This document shows positions 1 to 10,908 of a DNA stretch of 64,000 nt, in pieces. Position 1 is the stretch's first letter; each line of letters begins with the position of its first letter. Made by a program: the position numbers and the translations under genes. Below the pieces are notes generated by a model, which made no database searches, had not been told where the DNA came from, and saw only the letters and a list, made by a program, of their open reading frames with translations. Origin of the DNA: Psilocybe cubensis (taxonomy: Eukaryota); the NCBI GenBank assembly GCA_017499595.2, contig CM039009.1, positions 1,364,001-1,428,000 on the forward strand. The letters are read 5' to 3'.

Positions 1-89
1 GCACTGTCACTGCACTGCACTGTGGTGACAGCACTTGGCTAGAGCAATCTAGGCCAGTTGAGACATGTCCGAATTTTCTTTTTTGTACA

Positions 90-140
90 ATATGCTAACA
101 TTCTAAACCTGAACTTACGAGTCCAGGCATTTGGGCATAT
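90..140 (+). mobile_element. Decayed Helitron/Helentron 3' terminus (subterminal repeat plus hairpin)
   Basis: ATATGCTAACATTCTAAA-CCTGAACT-TACG-AGTCCAGG-CATTTGGGCATAT aligns with the terminus after the Rep-helicase ORF (AAATGCTACCACCCTAAA-CCTGGACT-TAAAG-AGTCCAGG-CAGAGGTAAGTAT, 28429-28480). Outer ATATGC...GCATAT inverted pair, followed by T's. Confidence 0.7.
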
Positions 141-764
141 TTAATGGATTTTGTATTTTATTTTTTCTATTTAAACTGAATTTTAGAATGTACAAATATT
201 CTTTAATACTGGAAAATGTCCTAATAATTTGCAGTTTTAGTATCAAATCCATCAGATCCAGACAATGGTTAGCCTGCAATGCTATCAAATCCATAAAAAA
301 TGGAAAATAAAATGCCAAATTTTTGGCCTAAAATCTTTCAGAATCCGGACAAGCCTCTAAGAGAGCTTCTTAGGGCTTATGGCTTTTTATAGCCAAGATA
401 ATATATTTTTGTAAGACTTCTCCTTAAGCACGCAACATCACTTAATATATTTGTATGTGAAACACAATGCACCAACGTGCTACTTTTTTTCTTTGTTTTT
501 AATTGTATTGTTTGCATTGCAAAATAATCAATTTTTAATACTTATTTGTTTTTGCTTGTTTCTGTATTATTTCTGGTCAAAAAGAAAAAAAAAGTAAAAT
601 TATGTATATGTATAATTTATATACTAAAGATTATATTTCAGCATCATAACCAAATTTGTGATCCATATATTTAATATATAATATTTTCCAAACAAATTCT
701 GCGGTTGACTGCAATTTGTGCCACTCTACCAAAAGAGGTCGATTCTATAAAAAATAAATATTTA

Positions 765-1602
765 TTAATAGGACATATAAAAGTATAATAAATTTCGTAC
801 CATTGTTTCCCGTTCAAACTGGTTCATACAAATATGGATAGTGGTCATGTGCTTGTAAATATCCTCGGAATCCTTGATATTGAAAAACTCCAAAAATTTC
901 TTCCAGTCTGTTTTGTCGATGAAACGGGATACAAGTGCAACATATACCACATACTTGCTGCTTAGAATTGGTTCTAGCAAGTAATATGCTGCCACAAAAC
1001 TAATAGAGCTAACAGAAACAACAAATACGTCGTTTGTTGGCCAGTAAATGTCGTTGGTAATTGGTTCAATACAATAACCTTCAATCAGCTCTGAATTAGC
1101 ATCCTAAAATAGCAAAAATAAATATAAAAATATTAGTATATAGTGTAAAATGACTTACTAAAGCATATATAGCATATTCTTTATAACCAAATTCTACAAA
1201 TTCCTGGACAATTGTGCCGTATCCAGGAAATCTATCAGATCCATAAGGAAATACAGAAAATATTGCTTCTTTAGCATGACATGTAATACATACGCTAAAA
1301 TTGCGTAAAGTATAATGCCATGGGTCAATAAGACATTTATGCTGATATCGCCTCCATTTGATCTGGTTGTTCCAGACACCTAAAGTGTCAAGCTCAGTCC
1401 AACGTTGGTTGATTGGAACATATTTCATAATGAAGGCAGTTTCGATTTCGGCATTGATGTCTTTTAATAGATAGCCAAAAGATTCTAAATGAATTAGATT
1501 TAAGTATAATATGTTTAGATATAAATAATATAATTGCTTACTTGATATTATATCAAATGGCGGAAGAAGTTCCGAATATTGATTCAAATTGAGAAAGTCC
1601 AT
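765..1602 (-). CDS. Hypothetical spliced protein in AT-rich DNA, possibly decayed
   Basis: ORFs 1096-1602 and 765-995 can be joined through a GTAAGT...CTAAT...TTAG intron (~1159-1105), giving ...YAIYAL/DANSELIEGYCIEP... No family recognised. Confidence 0.35.
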
Positions 1603-1723
1603 AATGACAAGAAGGACTAATAAACGACAAACACGATTTGAATGTGATGCAATAAAACTTTGTTATTGCAATTTACGCTTTAAATAGGACAAGCTCAAGA
1701 GTAGATTACTAATATAATATAAC

Positions 1724-1796
1724 AAAATGGCGCCATTTTCTCACTGTTTAATAAAATGGTGTCATTTTTTCACCATTTAATAAAATGACTAATTTT
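1724..1796. repeat. Three ~29-bp tandem units, each with a palindromic core
   Basis: AAAATGGCGCCATTTT (perfect palindrome, 1724-1739), AAAATGGTGTCATTTT, AAAATGACTAATTTT. Confidence 0.7.
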
Positions 1797-1980
1797 CAAT
1801 GCATTTGTTGCTATACAATTAGTGCAATTAGTAATATGCCGATGTCATTTGAATACTTCTATTAATATATCACTATAGTATTGATACTATTATCAAATCT
1901 ATCATCATCAATATCACTGTTGCTATGTTACTAATACTGTTTTAGTTTTCTTTAATTGCTTCCATTACTATAGTCCTGTA

Positions 1981-2097
1981 CTATCAACGCCACTGCCATT
2001 GCATTAATACAATATACTGTGTTATCAACGCCACTATCATTGTATTAATACAATATGTGCTATCAACGCCACTGTCATTGTATTAATACAATATATT
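1981..2097. repeat. Minisatellite, 3 copies of ~39 bp
   Basis: TATCAACGCCACTRYCATTGYATTAATACAATAT repeated three times. Confidence 0.85.
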
Positions 2098-2466
2098 GCT
2101 TTAGGTTACATCACACTATTGCCAAATTAGTATACATTATGCAGGGTTACGGAAATTAAAATGCTAGACACCGGCTAGATAGGTATGTTGGCCGCTAGAC
2201 CACAAAAAAACAATTTAAATGCAGTTAGATTCTAAATGATGATGAAACAACTTTTGTATACTTGTTTCAAAAACATGCTAATTCCGTAGAAGTTGGACCG
2301 TATATTTGATAGATTTGATAAAAATCAATCATATAAATAGAACGTACATATAATAGAATTGACTGCTAACATTAGTTATATATATATATATACTTGTTCT
2401 ATTCCATTTGAGTTAGTGCATAACCAATATCAAGAGAAACTTACTAATTTAGTATTATACATTTTT

Positions 2467-2625
2467 ATACGTAAAGCCAGTGCTATATTGAATGAGTAAG
2501 AAATACACGTAAGGACACGTAAGTCTGTGCTGTATTGAATGAATAGTAAGTACACGTAAAGCTAGGGCTGTATCAAATGATTAATAAATATACGTAAAGC
2601 TGGAACTGTATTGAATGAGTAATAT
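2467..2625. repeat. Degenerate minisatellite, ~4 copies of ~37-40 bp
   Basis: Recurring ACGTAAAGCY.G.GCTRTATTGAATGA.TA units. Confidence 0.7.
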
Positions 2626-2934
2626 ATATGTATTCAATTAGATAAAGCAAAATTTGAGAGCTTGTTTTACGACAAGGACTTTCACTGCAGGGGTGGGGTG
2701 GGCTGACAGGTCTAGTTCGATCTGAAGAATATTGATCTAATAATAGTTAAAACTAAGTTACATATGAGAATAATAGAAATTCGAATAGAAATCGTTAAGA
2801 TTTAGGGTAGAGGGTTACGGGCATCAGGGTATAGGGCATAGCAGCTGTATCCTGTATAAATATACCCTTTTAGCAGCCTAATCATTACCGATATCTTCTG
2901 CTACTCGTTTCTATCATACAATACGTACTACAGT

Positions 2935-3246
2935 ATGAACACTTCTTCATCCATTCCAAATGCAAATGAAACTCATCAGGACGCTGGATCCTTTCCTGTT
3001 AGTTAAACATCTATTTTATGAATTATCTATACTAACAATTTTTGTAGATCGGTGTAAAAATTTTTTATATTGACGGTCAAGGCAGATGTATCTATGGGAT
3101 TGTTAAATGTCACCAAGCCATGCACGTAAGTTTATAACATTACTTGTCATTTACTATACCTGATTGGGGCTCCAGTGTACACTTCTTCTGCACATAAAAC
3201 CTCTCGACTCAGATGGAAAAGAACAGAACATGACATGGATTGTACC
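2935..3246 (+). CDS. Small multi-exon hypothetical protein; last exon not resolved
   Basis: ATG at 2935 MNTSSSIPNANETHQDAGSFP / intron GTTAGT..CTAAC..TAG / IGVKIFYIDGQGRCIYGIVKCHQAMH / GTAAGT..CAG / CTLLLHIKPLDSDGKEQNMTWIVP / GTAAGT. TATAAA at ~2855. Not in the ORF track. Confidence 0.5.
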
Positions 3247-3894
3247 GTAAGTAAAATATATTTATATTTAAACATCTTTTGTTAAATTAATATTCTGTTT
3301 AAATAAAGTTCCTATGCAGTCATTTGTGTATAGTCTGTATATACTCGTTATATATCCAGTACCAGAGGTTCATATGTATCCATGATGAAAGAAAATGTTA
3401 ATCAAATATCAACGAGTATACAATATTAGAACACGAATCTGATGAATAGGGTACGCGTTGGCGAGTCAGTATGCTCACGTGACAGGTTTATTACATAGTC
3501 AGATAAAGGTCGGCTATTCGATCTCCTTTGTCCGATTAGATTACTAAATACTGATAAGTCACTGATGTAGCCACAAAATATAAATGCATGTATGTTTCTA
3601 CTGTAGAGCACCAGTGAACAAACAATACTTTACCTGTATATCGATTACTCATGCACCGATACCCCTATGCTCTGTACCAGAACCATGCTACAGTCACTTT
3701 GCATTATACTGGTATTGACTTATGTCGGAAATATGAACCTTGGTTAAACCTTCATTCGATTACCAACAGCAATGATAACTACCCGCAATGGACCCAACCG
3801 ACCTGCGTGAAATATGGTACCACTTTATTATTAATAATTCCATGACCTGACCGATATTCATCGCAATCTAATATCTAATTACATATATCATACC

Positions 3895-5530
3895 CTATAT
3901 CCGATTATAATAACCATGTTTTTGTGAAATAGTCGTAGCCCAACTCCATTTATTTTTGTTGATATCAGGTTGTATCTCACATTCTCTCCGCTTCCCGGGG
4001 TCGGACCGCCATATACGGACCCTTCCAGCTTCCGCACAGACAGCCAATGAATCGCTGGACCAGTCCACTCCACACGAGCTAGACGAACCCCCCCTCAACC
4101 TCACAGCGTGGATGGGTCCGACATCTAATCGAGTGTCGCGTGCAACACTGAAAATGAAAGCATCCCCGTTGTGAGGCCCTCCTCCGTATGCCAACCATCG
4201 ACCACACGGTGAGAGTGACGATTTCACATAAAATGATGGACTCCCCCAGAGACTGTCGCATGGGTTTTGGCTACTGTAGACGTTTAGATCCAACACACAA
4301 TACACATATATCCTTGCATCGGTGCCAAGTCCGAATATAGTACCGTCCGATTCCTTGACCCCCGATACCAGCGACACAATACCCCTAGACTGGCGATGGT
4401 TGTAGACGGTCGGGTCCAAACTAGAGCACGAGAGGTAGGTATTAGTCGATCTGAGATCCCATAATCGAAGAAAACTACCAAAAGACAATGAGACACACTT
4501 TTCTATCGTCTGATAAAACACTCACCCATTCGCGGAACAACTACTTATTACATTATAAGTGGCAGTGTCTTGCAACACGAGCCCCGTAATGGTGGGTTCC
4601 GGAGAAGATCCTACAACCTGATGGGCATGAACGATAGTAGCGACAGACCTAAGACCAGTCGACCCCGAAGATAAACGAACTGATGGATTCATCCGTAAAT
4701 CCCAAAGGGATATAGCACCATCTCTACCTCCGGTGTACACAAGCGACTCGCTCATAGGATGCCACATGACACATTTAACCGGCTCGATATGTCCGTGTAA
4801 CCAATGCGTTATAACTCGATCTTCGACGTTTACGACAAATGCACCGGGATGATCGTCTCCCACGTACCTTGAATGAGTAGACGTACCAACCAATAACGAT
4901 GTATCATCCCTCTTCCATTTCAAATCGCTTATGTAGGACCGATGACGTATAACTTGCCGTCCCCTAGGTTCTACGCGAGGGAAGGAATACGAAAAATAAA
5001 AACCGACATAGAAGTGCTGTGACCAGAGAGAATTAAACGCACCACGTTCCCATAAACACCTCCGTCGTGCGTCAACGACCTTGATGGATCCCTGGCAAGT
5101 GCCTATCGCAAGAAAGGACTTGCCACTAGCTTTAGATTCTACAAACAAGTTCGAATTATACGCTTTGATGAGCGTTGTACTATACATACCATTTGAATAC
5201 GAACAAACGGATTGTCTATCACGCAAGCCGCACTGGTAATCAACACAGTTGAGTGTATCAAATATATTTGAAGATATGAACGAATTTAAAAAAGGAATCA
5301 TAGAGGCTGATACATAAATAAAATAAAAATTAGCAGAATGTTAAATGTTCATTCAATAGAAATACTACACCTCTACAACTGATTCCATTTATAACAGGAT
5401 GCAGAAGACGTTGGAACTGACCAATGCGGTGAAAGGTCGACGCGCTGTATCCTTTATCGGTATCGACAGGGATACCTTTTCTACACATATCAGGGTCTGA
5501 CATGATTAGATGAACGATAAATTGAACCAC
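3895..5530 (-). CDS. cdt2: WD40-repeat protein, divergent Cdt2/DTL (denticleless)-like; multi-exon, 5' end uncertain
   Basis: GHIEPVKCVMWHP..VYTGGRDGAISLWDLR, IVHAH, ISSCSANG, RLWDLR, SRGIVSL, SFYVKSSLSPCGRWLA match the DTL/Cdt2 blade order. Confidence 0.7.
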
Positions 5531-5951
5531 GAACCTTTATAACTGAAATGGTTCGAGAAAATAGCATCATATAGGGTCGACAAGAACGACACACAGAAAT
5601 TGTTCATCCAATTACCCGGAGAAGAAGGATCATCCAGGATCAGTCATTAGTCATGATGATTATGCTTAACAGGTTCGATGACAGATATATGACAGTCAGC
5701 ACGACCGATAATTCACGAGATAAGATGTAACCCTGTGATTATTTCCACTACAAGTAAAACGATCGACAACGAATCCTTCGAGTCATAAACACACATTGCT
5801 AAATATGTACATCTTCACTGTTTATGGAAATCGCGAGTTGATAACTCACGACAGTGACTTGCTACCGAACAGGGCAAGCTCTCTTGCGTCTCTTACAAAT
5901 ACGTTACACGTTCTGCTACCCATGGAATACATGGCTCCTGATTCTACGCCA

Positions 5952-6172
5952 TCCAATTTTAAAAATTGTATAGAAAAGCGGATGCTTACAGAAGGTTTGG
6001 TGGGAGAAGTAAATGTACCTCCTTTATGGGATGCGGCGGTCTCCATATGTGTTTTCTTCCTTTTCAAACGCGAAAGTCAGTACAATAGACACAGGACAAG
6101 ATGAGCATATAGTACCGATGCCATTGTTCTTTCTAAACCCATCCTTTTTTTATGTTCATAGGATTCAAAAAA

Positions 6173-6212
<40 letters not shown>

Positions 6213-6340
6213 GATTTATGTCTTCAACCAGATGGCAAGGCACCAAGTACTCTTGACCACCTGGACCAATAATCAACCTATAACCTCTCGGCACTGGCGA
6301 AATTAAGATGACACTAGTAGTAGGAGTTTTTTGAGGAGGT
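5952..6340 (-). repeat. Inverted partial duplicate of 20261-20627 (gene fragment)
   Basis: Reverse complement of 20261-20627 with few substitutions and an expanded poly-A at ~6167-6211. Confidence 0.9.
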
Positions 6341-7456
6341 ATACTCGATCAGCATTGACTTTTTAAAGACGATGATACTCGTTTCCATTCCATGGAAGCA
6401 TTTAGGCATTAGAAATTTTTCATGGCTCTTAGAGTAAGCCTTTAATAAGGTAGGCGGTACTATAAAGCCTCTTGTATCTAGAGGGCTAGACGATTTCGAA
6501 GTTTTCAGTCAATCCGTAATTTGTAAAGCTCGAACTTACTAAGCAATTTCTATTAGCTTTGAAGGGAATGGATACGTTTCAAACGTAATCAAGTTATTGG
6601 TGTTCCTTTGATCTTTTGCGAAAGTTTCTTCGATTGCGGTGAACATTGTTTAGCTGTCACAAGTGGAAACGAGCGGTGTTGCTTTCAAGTTGGTTGGCGT
6701 TAAAGTACTCTGTTTTATATTAGTCCGTCATTTACAATAGATTCTGTTGTCATTCGCATAGAATATTTGCGTCGTGTTTCATATGACTAATTAGTTCTCA
6801 ATAATGTAATGTGTATATGTTGTGAGGATTAGACTCCTTCTAATTACAGAGTTCTAAATGTTGCTGTGGTTATCCTGTGGACGAACATAGAAATACCATT
6901 AACAATCGGGTAAAGTCGTAGAGTGGATAGATATTGCATAAGTGTTGAATATTAATCTAACATGACACCAATCAAAGAGTTCTCCGAGACTGTTCAGTGT
7001 ACTAATCCGTGTATACATAATATATGTTCGTAAATGAAGCTATCTATGTCCGGCTATAAGTTTTGATAAGTGGGTCAAATGGTATGTAAAAGTCCCCTCG
7101 TTCCATAGCAATGGTTTACTGATTTACATTTTATAGTCGTAGGATGGCATGACTACAGAAAAATAGCTAGACATTCCGTGAATTACTCAAGTCACGAGGA
7201 GCCTCGAAAATCACCCACTTACATCAGCAGACATGTTCGGTTTGATGCGTTCCCAGGACCTATGGCCTTGCTGTAAAGCAAAGGCTACCCACTCTTAATT
7301 AAGGATGTTATGACTAGAACTTTGAAATAATTCAATTTGAGTTAAACGCTTTATCTTTCGGTCAAGTCCCTTTTTACTCTACTCACTTCAATTGTTAAAT
7401 TGCATTATAAAGTGTCGATCAATGCCTTCACTTGTATGGCCTTTGGAATGAAAGGA

Positions 7457-9608
7457 ACGCTATTGTCGGATCCCTTGGCGTGGAACTAAGGAAACGAACC
7501 ACCATCGGTGCCGAACTCGCGGTGAAGGTGCTATTACGGTGTTCGAGAACCGCAAGCTCTAAATCTCGAATTCGCTTGTCAGAACTCAGGTGCGTAATCA
7601 CCATCACAAATTCATACTGCCTCCGAGCTATCGGTTTCCCAGTATGGAGACCTTGTTAAGTCGTTTCTACCTTTGAAATCTGTGGAATAAATTGCAAAAT
7701 CCCAGCTTCTAGGAATATAAAGACTCCCTAGAGCACCATTGCATTGCTAAATCGTTGAAACGGACGCATTTCTGACTTGCCAGAGTTTTATGAAGCTGAA
7801 TTTCGTCGTTTACAGCTCGACGAGTTGACTTGACACCGCCCCGGTGGATAATTTAAGTTGGAGTCTCATTCACATTATTGTATATAGATGCAAAAAAATG
7901 TATGTTATTCAAGCTAGTATATAGACAATACATTGTCTAACACTGACGGCAGTTGGTTTAACACAGAATTACTCACTCTCGGTGAAGCGTCGACTTGACT
8001 ACATGTTCAGATCTCCAGACGTTTGCGTCAATGATATCAGGACCATACATAATTTGGTCAAAAAATGGTTTAACCTGACTACGTAGGACCCTATACGCGT
8101 AGATTTGGTTATTTTGGCCCGTCAAAACTGTTGTAGAGGAGAAAAACACTCAAAATATGCCAATGTCCTGCTAATTCACGGCGCTGAAGAAGGCAATGGA
8201 GGAACGCCAATGGATAGCTCCGAGGCAGTATGGGTCTGTGATGGTGATCACGCACCGGAGTTTTGACAGCAAATGTGAAATTTAGAGCTTGCGGTTCTCG
8301 TACACGCTATGCGTGTTTATGAAGCTCCCGTGTCGACATGCATCTTAATTATTCTATGATAGCCCAGAATTTGCTTTTCCTTGACGAGCCCACATCTGGT
8401 CTTGACTCTCAGAGTGCCTGGAACATTGTTGCCTTCTTGCGAAGCTTGGCCGAACAAAGCCAGGCTATCCTATGCACGTAGGTAAGCAGCTATTATCAAT
8501 TATTTATATACTGATCTGTCTTATTCATTAGGATTCATCAAGTGAGCTTCTGCGGTGATGTACCTCTTTGCCATCTTAATGATTTTTTTTTTTGTCAAAA
8601 AACCTTTCGCTGAATTGTTCCATGTACGTCGTTTGACACAATTTTATTGTACCTTGACTGACCAAAATTTACCAGGTCTTCGATCGCTTCCTTTTGTTGA
8701 GGAGAAGGGTGGCTAAACAGTCTACTTCGGTGACCTTGGACACAATGCTGAAACTTTGCTGCACTACTTCGACTCCAACGGTGCTCGCCCATGTCTTCCT
8801 GAAGAAAATCCGTGCGTTATTTTTAACCGTTACACTGATGCCTTATCCTGATCTATCTCCGTCTAATTTCTAGTGCCGAATATATGTTGGACGTTATTGG
8901 TGCCGGAGCGACTGCCTTCAGCAGCATCAACTGGCACGAAGTTTGGAAACGCTCCCCGAGGCAGTCAGGACTGAGCAGGAAATCCAGGAGATCCATACAA
9001 TTGGACGAAGTCAACCTGCTGTTGAAACTGATCTCAGGATTGAATACCCCACCCCATGGCGCAACCAGGTCATCGAACTTGTCATTTAAACAAGGAGCTG
9101 CTGACCATTACCGCATCGCCAAGCTCATCCTCAATGTTGCTGGTGGCTTCTTCATTGGTCTGTCTTTCTCAAGAACCAGGACAGTATACAAAACGTTCAG
9201 AATTGTATATGTGTAAGTCTTGTTCGTTTTAGGATTTGATCTTCGATCTCATAACCTCCTTTTACTAGACTGTTTACATGCTTCTCGTCTTGAAGTTGGT
9301 TTCAATTACTTTGTTGAGTTCACGAAACTGACCAATATTTCTACAGTCAACCGTTGGTGAACATGTTGCAAGTTCCCTTCGTCGCTACCCGTACTATCTA
9401 CGAGGTCAGGAAGCACCCAAGCGGAATGTACAGCTGGACCGCCCACATCATTGCCCAAATTCTGGCTGAACTGCCATGGAACATCCTGGGATCCTGCCTT
9501 TACTTCCTTGTTTGGTGCTGGACCTCCCGCTTCCTATCTGGTCGCGCTGGTTATTTGTACTTGTCTGTTGGAGTTGTGTTCCCTCTTTACTACACCACCA
9601 TCGCCCTA
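7457..9608 (+). pseudogene. PDR/ABCG-type ABC transporter fragment (second NBD plus part of second TMD), frameshifted
   Basis: NAIVGSLGVELRKRTTIGAELAVK / [36 protein letters not shown] / IHQ / ENPAEYMLDVIGAGATA / RTIYEVRKHPSGMYSW...AELPWN...YYTT. Frameshifts and no N-terminal half. Confidence 0.9.
7537..8307. mobile_element. MITE (~770 bp) with ~95-bp imperfect TIRs and TA flanks, Tc1/mariner-like
   Basis: 7539-7632 is the approximate reverse complement of 8213-8305 (GAGAACCGCAAGCTCTAAAT...CATACTGCCTC.GAGCTATC). TA at 7535-7536 and 8308-8309. Confidence 0.75.
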
Positions 9609-10121
9609 GTACGCAATGCCTACGGTCTGCATTTTTTCAGGCATGGCAATACATCGGACTCGGAGATATAAATAAACGCAGAATGACGTTAGGACACTGC
9701 TCATCCAGGCACTCCTTACATGTTGCGTCGTCATAGGTGTTAACATTCGTCAAAGGCATGCTCGCCTGCATCGCATCACCCTCGCCAAGTCCCGCGACCG
9801 ACGTTTGCCATAGCAATGCTCGCCTGAATTGCATCACCCTCTCCAACCTGAGGTGACCTGCAATTCATTTCGCTGAGATTCGGCAAAGGCTCACACGCCA
9901 GAACATGTCCGTTCTCCATGCCACTACTCGCCGCAAATACGGAGAAGTCTTTCAGGGTTTCTAGGCATGGGCCCAACATTGTGGCGGAGAACGGCGAAAT
10001 AAGAATTGGCGATCCTGATAATGGACCTTTTAACCTGGAGGATACAGATCCAGAAACACTGATAGAATGTTCGTAATCCATCCCTTAATATAAGTGATAT
10101 TTTTACTTACCTTGTTCCAAG

Positions 10122-10534
10122 TGTGACGCTAGTGACAACTGTGGCTCGGAGAGTAATAGCAGTTCCGTAGCGGCACACGGAAAAGGTTTCGAAAGGAAGC
10201 TTAGAGGTCGAATAGACAGGTTAAAGTACTCTGTATTCGATGCTTTTCTGTAGCTACTACATAGCTGTATTTATACTGTAAAGGATAAGGTGTCCAAAAG
10301 AAGTAGACGAAGAAAAAGATAAAAGAGGGTTAATTGGGAAACACATGAAGGTGGAGTATAAGTCAGTTTCAAGGGGAATAGAATGAAGGATTAGGAACAT
10401 AGAATGAAGAAAATGAGCTAACGGGGTGCGTGTATCGGGTGGACGGAGCGAAGGTGAAGTCCACAGAAACGAAAATTAAAGATAAGATAAAAAAGAGGAT
10501 TATCGGGGTGTGGGAAACAGACCGGAACGTCACA
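10122..10534. mobile_element. Solo LTR (413 bp)
   Basis: Ends TGTGACG...CGTCACA (7-bp perfect inverted) with perfect 5-bp TSD CCAAG at 10117-10121 and 10535-10539. Confidence 0.85.
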
Positions 10535-10538
10535 CCAA

Positions 10539-10832
10539 GTCAAACGGGTCCATTGGCTACGTGCCAGAGCACAGTTCCACAGATGGCGAGAAGAGGCTAT
10601 GCTTCTTGGGTACGAAATGGACTGAACGATGAGATATTTCCTACGAAAGGAGAAATAGTGGATGAACAGTGCAGTAGCGGCAATGGCTGGTGATGCCTCT
10701 GCTAATGACGTGGTACAAAAGGGGCGAGCAGCCTATGCCAATCGCCAAGCAGCCATGTGGGGTGACTTGGCGAGGCGAACAGATTACCTATTTCGTATTA
10801 CCAAGCCTGGCTATAAAAAGGGGTTAATCTAA
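10539..10832 (+). pseudogene. C-terminal remnant of KDZ (Kyakuja/CxC2-associated) transposase
   Basis: RVHWLRARAQFHRWREEAMLLGYEMD*TMRYF...*W...GRAAYANRQAAMWGDLA, the characteristic KDZ C-terminal helix motif, with two in-frame stops. Confidence 0.7.
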
Positions 10833-10908
10833 AAATAGATATGGTTCAGCGTAAAAAAAATTGAATCATGAATCTTGAAAAAGTCCAACACATCTGCGGT
10901 GACCGTCC

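Noticed and set aside
1981-2097. CRISPR-like repeat array
   Set aside because: Contiguous tandem units with no unique spacers, no cas genes, eukaryotic context.
2801-2812. TTTAGGGTAG as the Helentron 5' subTIR or a telomere-like repeat
   Set aside because: Only a 9/10 match to the expected subTIR and not tandem; could be chance.
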